From assembly GCA_028343155.1 (NCBI GenBank), contig JAOLXX010000008.1, forward strand, positions 3,342 through 67,341: a stretch of DNA of 64,000 bases, written 5' to 3'. Of the stretch, positions 30,079 through 39,198 are shown in pieces (the stretch's first letter is position 1; each line of letters opens with the position of its first letter). Position numbers and translations under genes: made by a program. The DNA comes from Polaribacter sp. GTDB lineage: Bacteria; Bacteroidota; Bacteroidia; Flavobacteriales; Flavobacteriaceae. The notes under the pieces are model-generated. The model saw only the letters and a list, made by a program, of their open reading frames with translations, was not told the DNA's origin and searched no databases.

Positions 30079-32076
30079 ATGGCTTTAGATTCAAAAATAC
30101 CAAAAGGTCCAATTAAGGATAAATGGACAGATTATAAAAATCATATCAATCTTGTAAACCCTGCAAACAAGCGTCATATTGATGTTATTGTTGTAGGTAC
30201 AGGTTTGGCCGGTGGTTCGGCTTCTGCAACGTTGGCAGAGTTGGGCTACAATGTGAAATCATTTGCCTATCAAGATTCTCCAAGAAGAGCGCATTCTATT
30301 GCTGCTCAAGGAGGAATTAATGCCGCAAAAAATTATCAAGGAGACGGAGATTCTACATTTCGTTTATTCTATGATACTGTAAAAGGAGGCGATTATCGTT
30401 CTCGTGAGGCAAACGTATATCGTTTGGCAGAGGTTTCTGCAAATATTATTGATCAATGTGTTGCACAAGGAGTTCCTTTTGCACGTGATTATGGTGGTTT
30501 GTTAGACAATCGTTCTTTTGGGGGTGTTTTAGTTTCTAGAACTTTTTATGCAAAAGGACAAACCGGACAACAATTATTATTGGGTGCTTATTCTGCAATG
30601 AACCGACAAATTGCGCGTGGAAAGATTGAGATGTTCAATCGACATGAAATGTTAGATGTTGTTATTGTCGACGGAAAGGCTAGAGGAATTATTGCCCGTA
30701 ATTTAGTGACAGGTGAAATTGAAAGACATTCTGCACATGCAGTCGTTATCGCTTCTGGAGGATATGGAAATGTATATTTTTTATCAACTAATGCAATGGG
30801 ATCTAATGTAACAGCAGGTTGGAAAGTACATAAAAAAGGCGCGTTTTTTGCGAACCCTTGTTATACACAAATTCACCCAACATGTATTCCAAGATCTGGA
30901 GATTATCAATCGAAATTAACCTTGATGTCAGAATCTTTAAGAAATGACGGTAGAATTTGGGTTCCAAAGAGTTTAGAAGATGTAAAAGCAATTCGAGAAG
31001 GAAGTAAAAAACCTACGGATTTGACACAGGATGAAAGAGATTATTTTTTAGAAAGACGCTATCCTGCGTTTGGTAACTTAGTACCACGTGATGTTGCTTC
31101 TAGAGCAGCAAAAGAACGTTGTGACGCAGGTTATGGAGTAAATGCAACCGGTGAAGCGGTGTATTTAGATTTTGCTTCCTCTTTTGAGCGTTATGGAAAA
31201 GAGCAAGCGAAGATTCATAATCTAGAGAATCCATCAACAGCAAAGATTAAAGAATTAGGACAAGAAATTGTGAAAGCAAAATATGGAAACCTTTTTCAGA
31301 TGTATGAGAAAATCATCGATCAGAATCCGTATGAAACTCCAATGATGATTTATCCTGCTGTACACTACACTATGGGAGGTGTTTGGGTAGATTATAATTT
31401 AATGACCACGATTCCGGGTTGTTATGCTATTGGTGAAGCAAACTTCTCTGAGCACGGCGCCAATAGATTAGGAGCTTCTGCATTAATGCAAGGCTTGGCA
31501 GATGGCTATTTTGTGTTGCCTTATACAATTGGAGATTATTTAGCCGACGATATTAGAACTGGAAAAATCTCTACGAATAGCCCAGAATTTGAAGCGGCAG
31601 AAAAAGAAGTTTCAGAAAGAATTGAATTTTTCATCAATAATAAAGGTACTCATTCTGTAGATTATTACCATAAGAAATTAGGTAAAATTATGTGGGATAA
31701 ATGTGGAATGTCTCGAAATGAGGAAGGTTTAAAAAACGCTATCGAAGAGATTTCTGCATTGAGAAACGATTTTTGGAAAAACGTAAATGTACCAGGAACT
31801 GCTACAGAATATAACGAACAGTTAGCAAAAGCAGGTAGAGTTGCCGATTTCTTAGAATTAGGAGAATTGTTTGCAAAAGACGCTTTACAGCGAGAAGAAT
31901 CTGCTGGGGGTCATTTTAGAGAAGAACACCAAACAGAAGACGGTGAAGCAAAAAGAAGAAAAGAATTTCAATATGTTTCTGCTTGGGAATATAAAGGGGA
32001 GCCAAAAGATGCTGTTTTGCACAAAGAGGAGTTGGCCTACGAGAATATAGAAGTTAAAGAAAGAAGTTATAAATAA
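30079..32076 (+). CDS. sdhA: Succinate dehydrogenase flavoprotein subunit
   Basis: [37 protein letters not shown]. Confidence 0.97.
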   Translation: MALDSKIPKGPIKDKWTDYKNHINLVNPANKRHIDVIVVGTGLAGGSASATLAELGYNVKSFAYQDSPRRAHSIAAQGGINAAKNYQGDGDSTFRLFYDTVKGGDYRSREANVYRLAEVSANIIDQCVAQGVPFARDYGGLLDNRSFGGVLVSRTFYAKGQTGQQLLLGAYSAMNRQIARGKIEMFNRHEMLDVVIVDGKARGIIARNLVTGEIERHSAHAVVIASGGYGNVYFLSTNAMGSNVTAGWKVHKKGAFFANPCYTQIHPTCIPRSGDYQSKLTLMSESLRNDGRIWVPKSLEDVKAIREGSKKPTDLTQDERDYFLERRYPAFGNLVPRDVASRAAKERCDAGYGVNATGEAVYLDFASSFERYGKEQAKIHNLENPSTAKIKELGQEIVKAKYGNLFQMYEKIIDQNPYETPMMIYPAVHYTMGGVWVDYNLMTTIPGCYAIGEANFSEHGANRLGASALMQGLADGYFVLPYTIGDYLADDIRTGKISTNSPEFEAAEKEVSERIEFFINNKGTHSVDYYHKKLGKIMWDKCGMSRNEEGLKNAIEEISALRNDFWKNVNVPGTATEYNEQLAKAGRVADFLELGELFAKDALQREESAGGHFREEHQTEDGEAKRRKEFQYVSAWEYKGEPKDAVLHKEELAYENIEVKERSYK

Positions 32077-32078
32077 GA

Positions 32079-32150
32079 TAGTTTATGGTTGATGGTTGTT
32101 AGTTTATGGAAACAGCAACTAACAACAAACAACTAAAAACCAAAAACTAA
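32079..32150. repeat. Inverted arrays of tandem heptamers
   Basis: TAGTTTA TGGTTGA TGGTTGT TAGTTTA then CAACTAA CAACAAA CAACTAA AAACCAA AAACTAA. Confidence 0.75.
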
Positions 32151-32156
32151 ATAGAA

Positions 32157-32897
32157 ATGAACTTAACACTTAAAATTTGGCGTCAAGTAGATGCAAACGA
32201 CAAAGGGAAAATGGTCGATTACAAAGTGACTGAAATTTCAGAAAGCATGTCTTTTTTAGAAATGATGGATGTTTTGAATGAACAGCTCGTAAATGCTGGG
32301 GATCAGCCCGTAGCTTTTGATCATGATTGTAGAGAAGGTATTTGTGGTATGTGTTCGATGTACATTAACGGAGAAGCACACGGACCAGACAGAGGAGTTA
32401 CTACCTGTCAGTTGCACATGAGGATGTTTAAAGATGGAGATACAATTACGATAGAACCCTGGAGAGCAGCAGCATTTCCGGTAATTAAAGATTTAGTAGT
32501 CAACAGGTCTGCTTTTGATAGAATTCAACATGCTGGTGGGTATATTTCTGTAAATACTTCAGGAAACACCCAAGATGCCAACTCAATTCCTATCTCTAAA
32601 CACGCCGCAGATCAGGCGATGGATGCAGCAACCTGTATTGGTTGTGGAGCCTGTGTTGCAACCTGTAAAAATTCTTCTGCAATGTTGTTTGTAGGGGCAA
32701 AGGTATCTCAATATGCTTTATTGCCACAAGGACAAATAGAAGCAGCAGACCGTGTGCAAAATATGGTGGCTCAAATGGATTTAGAAGGATTTGGAAACTG
32801 TACAAATACGGGTGCTTGTGAAGTAGAATGTCCGAAAGGAATTTCTTTAGACAACATCGCAAGAATGAATAGAGAGCTTATGAAAGCCAATATCTAG
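32157..32897 (+). CDS. sdhB: Succinate dehydrogenase iron-sulfur subunit
   Basis: [32 protein letters not shown]. Confidence 0.97.
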   Translation: MNLTLKIWRQVDANDKGKMVDYKVTEISESMSFLEMMDVLNEQLVNAGDQPVAFDHDCREGICGMCSMYINGEAHGPDRGVTTCQLHMRMFKDGDTITIEPWRAAAFPVIKDLVVNRSAFDRIQHAGGYISVNTSGNTQDANSIPISKHAADQAMDAATCIGCGACVATCKNSSAMLFVGAKVSQYALLPQGQIEAADRVQNMVAQMDLEGFGNCTNTGACEVECPKGISLDNIARMNRELMKANI

Positions 32898-32954
32898 TTT
32901 CATTTGGAACTTTACCGAAGCTTTTTTCTTTATTGATTATCAATATATTTTTTT

Positions 32955-32988
32955 AAAACTTCCTGGTGCTTCACTAGGGAGTTTTTTT
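32955..32988 (+). terminator. Intrinsic terminator after sdhB
   Basis: AAAACTTCCTGGTG-ctt-CACTAGGGAGTTTT followed by a T run. Confidence 0.75.
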
Positions 32989-33042
32989 ATGCCCTAATGC
33001 CATTATTTTTAAAAAAACATTCTAATTTTTGATCCTTTTTTT

Positions 33043-33096
33043 CCATTCACCGACAGAAAACGACCATTCACCGACAGAAAACGGTCATTCGTCGAA
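33043..33096 (+). repeat. 21-bp tandem direct repeat (about 2.5 copies), possible LytTR-type binding site
   Basis: CCATTCACCGACAGAAAACGA / CCATTCACCGACAGAAAACGG / TCATTCGTCGAA. Confidence 0.7.
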
Positions 33097-33243
33097 TAAA
33101 TTCCTATTGTTAGAAAAGAAGTAAGACCTTTACATTGAATTTTATTGAAAATATTAAAAATAGATAAAATGAAGCCTGTTGCTATAAGCGATATATCAAC
33201 AATAGCGTTTATACAAGTGTTGTAAACAATTTAAACCAAAAAT

Positions 33244-33878
33244 ATGAGAATAAAGATTACACTACTTTTTTGCCTTTTGACAATTTCATTAACTTATGGT
33301 CAATATGATTGGACTAAAGGGAAACTTGTACTGAAAAACGGAGACACTTTAAAAGGACAAATTAAACTTCCGATGATTTCCAAAAATTTAGTAGCCTTTA
33401 ATGGTAAAGAAAAAGTGAAATATAGAAAAAATAGAAAATCAAAAAAGATTAAATATGATGAGACCAAAGTGGAAAAAGTAATTTTTAGAAACTCTGATAT
33501 CGAAATTGCTTTCTTTGAATACATACAAACATCTAAAAAGAAGAAAGGACTTTTTAAAGTTATTAGCTCTGGAAAACAACATTATATGCAAGAAGTGTAA
33601 GTATGACATCTTCAACACCGATGTATATGGGTGGTCCAAATGGAGGAACTTGGAATCATTGGAATTATTCTTTTAGTGATTTTAATGAATTTTATGTTTT
33701 AAAAGAAGACGAAGCAATCGCAAGTCCATTAATTACTGCCAGATTATCTCGTTCTTTTAAAAAAAGAGCAATGGAATATTTTTCTGATTGTCCAAATTTA
33801 GTTTCTAAACTTGACAAAAGAATGTATGTGAAAGACGATATCAAGGACGTTATTGATGAATATAATGAATGTAAATAA
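33244..33878 (+). pseudogene. Secreted hypothetical protein, frameshifted (cassette-like gene)
   Basis: Signal peptide; G.LVLKNGDTLKG; 1-nt shift near 33576 joins SGK to TLYARSVSMTSS; C-terminal YFSDCPNL. Confidence 0.75.
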
Positions 33879-33882
33879 AAAC

Positions 33883-34013
33883 TGTTTACAACACCGTATA
33901 AAAAAAATTGCTAGTTTTACTCAAACCAAAGTTAGTTGCTTGTTTGCTAGCTTCTGATTTTCCTTCGGAAAATCCTCGCACACAAACCCGCAACTTTTCT
34001 TATACATAAACGT
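33883..34013 (+). repeat. attC-like folded element
   Basis: TGTTTACAAC, then arms GTATAAAAAAAATTGC (33896-33911) and GCAACTTTTCTTATAC (33990-34005); internal GATTTTCC-ttc-GGAAAATC. Confidence 0.7.
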
Positions 34014-34024
34014 ATGAATGAACT

Positions 34025-34612
34025 ATGAATAAAAAACTCATTTCCCTATTAGTACTTTACTTTTTTCAATTTCTTGCGACCTCTTGTGACCCATGCGATT
34101 GTGAACCTGGAAAAACTTTTGAGAGAACATATAATGGATTAGAATTAAAAGCTTGGGATACATCTGGTTTTCAAAACGAAGAGGTATCTGATACTGTCAA
34201 TAAAAATTCATTTGGTTTAACAGTATCAGTTGAGTTTGATTTAAATCAAATAGCATATTTGAAATCAAGATTAGATTTTAGTTCTTTTGGATTTGCTTCA
34301 GCTTACGCTTGTAGTTGTCCACCTGATGAATATATAAACGTTGACCCTATTGAATCTATAGAAATTCGAGTAACTGACACCCAATCTCAAGAAATAATGG
34401 ATGTAACAACTAATTTTTCTACTTATGATTACAATGGAGAACAAATAACAATTAGCGATTTTTTTGAAAACAGAGCTGATTGGCATCATGGATTCCAATT
34501 GGATATGACAGAATACGATAACATTCCTACTACTTCAATTTTTGAGGTTAAAATAATTTTAGAATCTGGAACTGAATTGATTGAACAGACACAGGAAATA
34601 AATTTTGAATAA
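34025..34612 (+). CDS. Hypothetical lipoprotein (DUF5034-like), cassette-like gene
   Basis: Lipobox LATSC followed by DPCDC; AYACSC; acidic composition. Confidence 0.7.
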   Translation: MNKKLISLLVLYFFQFLATSCDPCDCEPGKTFERTYNGLELKAWDTSGFQNEEVSDTVNKNSFGLTVSVEFDLNQIAYLKSRLDFSSFGFASAYACSCPPDEYINVDPIESIEIRVTDTQSQEIMDVTTNFSTYDYNGEQITISDFFENRADWHHGFQLDMTEYDNIPTTSIFEVKIILESGTELIEQTQEINFE

Positions 34613-34618
34613 TAAATA

Positions 34619-34660
34619 CTTTGCACACCACCGTATAAAATTAATTGCTGGTTTTAGCCA
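34619..34660 (+). repeat. Truncated attC-like element (left arm only)
   Basis: CACCGTATAAAATTAATTGCTGGTTTTA vs CACCGTATAAAAAAAATTGCTAGTTTTA at 33892. Confidence 0.7.
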
Positions 34661-34663
34661 GTC

Positions 34664-34924
34664 GAAAAAAATAAAATTATTGAAACTCCTTGGGTAGCCC
34701 CATATCTTGAAATTGGAATAGGAACTTCAATCAGAAAGGTTGAAACATTGACAGTATTTGATAATATTGACAAAAGCGGAATTATTTATCATATTCCCTT
34801 TTCAATTGGACTGGAATTGGGCAAAAATAATAACGTTGATTTAGGATTTACTTATTATTTTCAACCATCCGTTGAACAGTTTGTTGGAGCATTTGCAGTT
34901 GGAATAACATTTCCGCTGAATTAA
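34664..34924 (+). pseudogene. 5'-truncated outer-membrane beta-barrel-like gene fragment
   Basis: Open frame with no ATG: PWVAPYLEIGIG...VDLGFTYYFQP..GAFAVGITFPLN*, alternating beta-strand pattern. Confidence 0.55.
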
Positions 34925-34956
34925 CTTTTTACTACCCCGCGTAAAAATGCGGATTT

Positions 34957-35020
34957 TAGACTGCACCCCAAAGGGTAGAAAAATTTATAATTAATTTTGA
35001 TCTCGATATTCAATTGAGTT
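34957..35020 (-). mobile_element. Probable IS3-family right-end remnant
   Basis: Minus strand NSIEYRDQN* (like transposase C-terminal SPxEYR) followed by TTTGGGGTGCAGTCTA, resembling IS150-group inverted repeats (from recall). Confidence 0.45.
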
Positions 35021-35656
35021 TTATTTCCTTCCAAAATCGGCAGGAATTTCTCCCCAAGCTTTGGTTTCCCATTTTAAGATTGGATTTTTAAAGGTATTTT
35101 CTTTTAGCCAGTTTTCCGCTCTTTGAATCATTTTTAATAAGTCTTTGTTAGAAGCATCAAAAGCAAGATTGGTCCTACATTGTTTTTTTTTGACCCAACT
35201 CATGGCGATTTTAGAATCAGAATAAATAGGAAGGGTTTCTTTCTTTTTACTTTTTAACAAGGCAATTCCGTGGACTAAAGCGAGGAACTCACCAATATTA
35301 TTCGTTCCTTTTTTATAAGGACCTTTTCTGAAAATTTCTTTTTTATTATGGGTTAAAACTCCTCTGTATTCCATTTTACCTGGATTTCCAGAGCAGGCAG
35401 CATCTACAGAAATACTTTCTAAATTTGGCCTACCATAGGCTGCTTTCTCAGCAAGAGAGAGTGTCGGTTTCTTGGTATTCTTTCCTTTATAATCTTCATA
35501 TCTTTTCGTGGCTGCAGTTTCAGCTTCGCTGATGTCAGTAAAAGATTTATATTGTGCACCTTCAAAACCCTCTATTTGTGCTTTACAGACTTTCCAAGAA
35601 GTAAAAACCCCTTTTTTATGACCATTCCAAACAACATAAAACTTTTTTTTAGGCAT
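35021..35656 (-). CDS. rnhA: Ribonuclease HI with N-terminal hybrid-binding (viroplasmin) domain
   Basis: FYVVW.G..GVF.SW..C; SVDAACSGNPG, TNNIGEFLA, IYSDS, GEIPADFGRK. Confidence 0.93.
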   Translation of the reverse strand: MPKKKFYVVWNGHKKGVFTSWKVCKAQIEGFEGAQYKSFTDISEAETAATKRYEDYKGKNTKKPTLSLAEKAAYGRPNLESISVDAACSGNPGKMEYRGVLTHNKKEIFRKGPYKKGTNNIGEFLALVHGIALLKSKKKETLPIYSDSKIAMSWVKKKQCRTNLAFDASNKDLLKMIQRAENWLKENTFKNPILKWETKAWGEIPADFGRK

Positions 35657-36221
35657 TCTCTTTTAAAATTATAGTTTCAATGACGTTAGGAAAATGTTTT
35701 TGTTCTAAAAGGTGAATTTTTTGCGCAATGCTTTCAGGTGAATCTTGATGATCCAATGCCGTTTTTGCCTGAAAAATAATTGCCCCTTCGTCATAATTGG
35801 CATTTACGAAGTGAATTGTGATTCCAGTTACTGTTTCGTTATTTTCTTTTACCGCCCTATGAACGCTCATACCATACATTCCTTTTCCGCCATATTTTGG
35901 CAACAAAGCAGGATGAATATTGATGATCTTATTCGGGAAATTATCAATAATAGACTGTGGGATCTTCCATAAAAAGCCCGCAAGGATAATGAAGTCTGCC
36001 TCTTTTTTTAAGAGATTCAAGACGTTGTCTGATGTAGAAAAATCACTTCTTTTGAAGTGTAAACATTTGACTTCTAGTTTTTTGCATCGGTCAAAAACCT
36101 TGGCACTTTCAGTATTACATAACACGGTGGTCACCCTTGCAATTTTTGTTTTTTTAAAAAACTGAATAATATTTTCTGCGTTCGAACCAGAACCAGATGC
36201 AAAAATAACAATACGCTTCAT
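35649..36221 (-). CDS. purN: Phosphoribosylglycinamide formyltransferase
   Basis: FASGSGSN, LAGF, NIHPALLP, GITIHFV..YDEG; start moved to MKRIVIF. Confidence 0.95.
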   Translation of the reverse strand: MKRIVIFASGSGSNAENIIQFFKKTKIARVTTVLCNTESAKVFDRCKKLEVKCLHFKRSDFSTSDNVLNLLKKEADFIILAGFLWKIPQSIIDNFPNKIINIHPALLPKYGGKGMYGMSVHRAVKENNETVTGITIHFVNANYDEGAIIFQAKTALDHQDSPESIAQKIHLLEQKHFPNVIETIILKENA

Positions 36222-36391
36222 ATCTATGTTTCTAAGGTACAAAAAAAGGAATAATTATTAACAAACTGATTATTTTACGGAAAGATTAAATAATTTTCTT
36301 TACATTTAATAATCATTTTTAGGGCAAATATTAGTTATAATTAATAAGATTTGTATTTTTGCCCAGATTTAAAATTTAAAATTAGAAAATT

Positions 36392-36628
36392 ATGTCAGAC
36401 ATTGCATCAAGAGTAAAAGCGATTATCGTAGACAAATTAGGCGTTGACGATAACGAAGTAACAACAGAAGCGAGCTTCACAAATGATTTAGGAGCAGATT
36501 CTTTAGATACTGTTGAGTTAATTATGGAGTTCGAAAAAGAATTTGATATTCAAATTCCAGATGACCAAGCGGAAAATATTGGAACTGTAGGTCAAGCTGT
36601 AAGTTATATCGAAGAAGCAAAAAAGTAA
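36392..36628 (+). CDS. acpP: Acyl carrier protein
   Basis: [17 protein letters not shown]. Confidence 0.98.
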   Translation: MSDIASRVKAIIVDKLGVDDNEVTTEASFTNDLGADSLDTVELIMEFEKEFDIQIPDDQAENIGTVGQAVSYIEEAKK

Positions 36629-36635
36629 TATTTAT

Positions 36636-37889
36636 ATGCAATTAAAACGAGTTGTAGTCACTGGACTTGGCGCATTAACGCCAATAGGTAATAATATTGA
36701 AGAATATTGGACGGCTTTAGTTAACGGAGTTAGCGGAGCAGCGCCTATCACACACTTTGATGCTGCCAAGTTCAAAACTCGTTTTGCATGTGAATTAAAA
36801 GATTTCAACGTAAACGACTTTATCAATAGAAAGGACGCACGTAAAATGGATAAATTTACACAATATGCTATGGTTGCCTCAGATGAAGCCATTGCAGATT
36901 CAAGTTTAGACATGGAAGAAATCGATAAATTACGCGTTGGCGTAATTTGGGGAGCAGGAATTGGAGGATTAGAAACGTTTCAAAACGAAGCTATAAATTT
37001 TGGAGCAGGAGATGGCACACCAAGATTTAATCCATTCTTTATCCCAAAAATGATTGCAGATATTGCTCCAGGAAACATTTCTATAAAGAATGGATTTATG
37101 GGACCAAATTATACAACAGTTTCTGCATGTGCATCTTCAGCAAATGCAATGATAGATGCATTAAATTATATTCGTTTAGGAACTTGTGATGTAATAGTAA
37201 CTGGTGGCTCAGAGGCAGCGGTTGTGATCTCAGGTGTTGGTGGTTTTAATGCGATGCACGCCTTATCAACAAGAAATGAAACTCCAGAAACGGCCTCCAG
37301 ACCTTTTGATTCAGAACGCGATGGTTTTGTTTTAGGCGAAGGAGCAGGAGCCATTGTTTTGGAAGAATATGAACATGCCAAAGCAAGAGGTGCAAAAATT
37401 TATGCGGAGGTTATTGGAGGAGGTATGTCTTCTGATGCCTATCACATGACAGCACCTCATCCTGAAGGAATCGGTGTGATTTCTGTAATGAAAAATTGCC
37501 TTGAAAACTCAGGGATCAAACCAGAAGATGTAGACCATATTAATACACATGGAACTTCTACACCTTTAGGAGATGTTGCAGAGTTAAAAGCAATTTCTAG
37601 TGTTTTTGGCGAACATGCTAAGAACATTAATATCAATTCTACAAAATCGATGACAGGTCATTTGTTAGGCGCTGCTGGAGCAATAGAATCTATTGCTGCA
37701 ATTTTAGCGATGAAACATGGTATTGTTCCTCCAACAATCAATCATGTGAATGTAGATGAAAATATTAATCCAGATTTAAACTTAACCTTAAACAAAGCTC
37801 AAAAGCGCGATATTAAAGTAGCGATGAGTAATACGTTTGGATTTGGTGGTCATAATGCATGTGTTGCTTTCAGAAAATTAGATGAATAG
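36636..37889 (+). CDS. fabF: 3-oxoacyl-ACP synthase II
   Basis: SACAS, HGTSTPLGD, KSMTGHLLGAAG, NTFGFGGHN; follows acpP. Confidence 0.97.
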   Translation: MQLKRVVVTGLGALTPIGNNIEEYWTALVNGVSGAAPITHFDAAKFKTRFACELKDFNVNDFINRKDARKMDKFTQYAMVASDEAIADSSLDMEEIDKLRVGVIWGAGIGGLETFQNEAINFGAGDGTPRFNPFFIPKMIADIAPGNISIKNGFMGPNYTTVSACASSANAMIDALNYIRLGTCDVIVTGGSEAAVVISGVGGFNAMHALSTRNETPETASRPFDSERDGFVLGEGAGAIVLEEYEHAKARGAKIYAEVIGGGMSSDAYHMTAPHPEGIGVISVMKNCLENSGIKPEDVDHINTHGTSTPLGDVAELKAISSVFGEHAKNININSTKSMTGHLLGAAGAIESIAAILAMKHGIVPPTINHVNVDENINPDLNLTLNKAQKRDIKVAMSNTFGFGGHNACVAFRKLDE

Positions 37890-37895
37890 TACACT

Positions 37896-38633
37896 ATGAA
37901 TTTTATTCGTAAAATAATTTCTTCTCACTCAAAAGAAGATGTACAATTATATAACGAATTAAAAATACTTCTCAATTTTTCACCCAGAAAAATAAATAAA
38001 TACAAAAAAGCATTTACACACAGATCTTTGCAAATGCTAGATAAAAAAGGAATTCTAATCAACTATGAACGCTTAGAGTTTTTAGGAGATTCAATATTAG
38101 GATCTATTATTGCAGCTTATTTGTATAAAAAAGTTCCTGAAGGTTCAGAAGGCTACCTCACTCAAATGCGCTCTAAAATTGTGAGTAGAGAGCATTTAAA
38201 TGAATTAGGAAAAGATTTAAATTTAATTCGTTTTGTAAAAAGTAATGTAGATCAAGCAAATGTTGGCGATAACATTCATGGTAATATTTTTGAAGCGTTA
38301 ATAGGAGCTATTTATTTAGATAAAGGATACAATACTTGTCAGAAGTTTATTTATAATAATGTAATTTTTCCTTATGTTGATATAGAAAAATTAGAAGGAA
38401 AAATTACAAGCTACAAAGGGCTAATTATAGAATGGTGTCAAAAGCAAAAGAAAAAATATATTTTTGATTCTTATGAAGATACTGGCAATGAAACGATTAA
38501 GCATTTCAGTGTGAAAATCAGTATTGATGGAAAACAAATCGCCAAAGGACGTGCGACTTCAAAGAAAAAAGCAGAAGAGCAAGCATCTAAAAGAGTTTAT
38601 TTTACTTTTCAAAAACAAATTGAAAGCGCCTAA
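37896..38633 (+). CDS. rnc: Ribonuclease III
   Basis: YERLEFLGDS, FEALIGAIYLD, dsRBD SKKKAEEQA. Confidence 0.96.
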   Translation: MNFIRKIISSHSKEDVQLYNELKILLNFSPRKINKYKKAFTHRSLQMLDKKGILINYERLEFLGDSILGSIIAAYLYKKVPEGSEGYLTQMRSKIVSREHLNELGKDLNLIRFVKSNVDQANVGDNIHGNIFEALIGAIYLDKGYNTCQKFIYNNVIFPYVDIEKLEGKITSYKGLIIEWCQKQKKKYIFDSYEDTGNETIKHFSVKISIDGKQIAKGRATSKKKAEEQASKRVYFTFQKQIESA

Positions 38634-38637
38634 ATCA

Positions 38638-38651
38638 CGATAACGTTTTCG
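38638..38651. promoter_or_regulatory. Palindromic operator-like site upstream of the pyk operon
   Basis: CGATAACGTTTTCG, 12/14 identical to the sdhC site. Confidence 0.45.
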
Positions 38652-38725
38652 TTAAATTTAACAGTAAAACTCATAAACAATTAGTAATTTAGCCTTACTC
38701 TAAAAACGAGTATTAGCTATAATTT

Positions 38726-39196
38726 ATGCAGGTACATGCTTTAGAAATGAACGATTTTTTCGAAGAAGAATATTCTTTAATAGGAATTCATTCTACATTA
38801 GAAGATTTCAAGTTAGCTTACTTATTAAACAAAAATCTTAACACAAGGTTTTATAAAGCAAAAGAAGATTTAGAATTTGTAAGAGAAAAAAAGAAAGCAA
38901 CTTTTTCTATTTACAACTATGAAAATATAAAATATGATTTTGATTGGTTTTTAATAGCCAATAGCTATAGAAGAGAAAATCAAACTGTTTCTAATGAATT
39001 ATTACTCACATCAGAAACAAAAACATATTTAATTCCAGAAAAGAAAAAAATAGATTTTTTTCTAAAAATTTGTGGAGAATCGGAGTATGAGTTTATTTTG
39101 AAAACAATAAAAAAAATAACAAGTATTGAGAATGTGATAACTGCATATTCAATTGATAAAAACACCTTAAAGTCCAAAGACTTTTTAATATTTTAA
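38726..39196 (+). CDS. IPExxxVDY-family protein
   Basis: LIPEKKKIDFFLKI; lies upstream of pyk. Confidence 0.85.
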   Translation: MQVHALEMNDFFEEEYSLIGIHSTLEDFKLAYLLNKNLNTRFYKAKEDLEFVREKKKATFSIYNYENIKYDFDWFLIANSYRRENQTVSNELLLTSETKTYLIPEKKKIDFFLKICGESEYEFILKTIKKITSIENVITAYSIDKNTLKSKDFLIF

Positions 39197-39198
39197 AC

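Noticed and set aside
33043-33096. CRISPR array
   Set aside because: The repeats are contiguous with no unique spacers, only about 2.5 copies, and there are no cas genes
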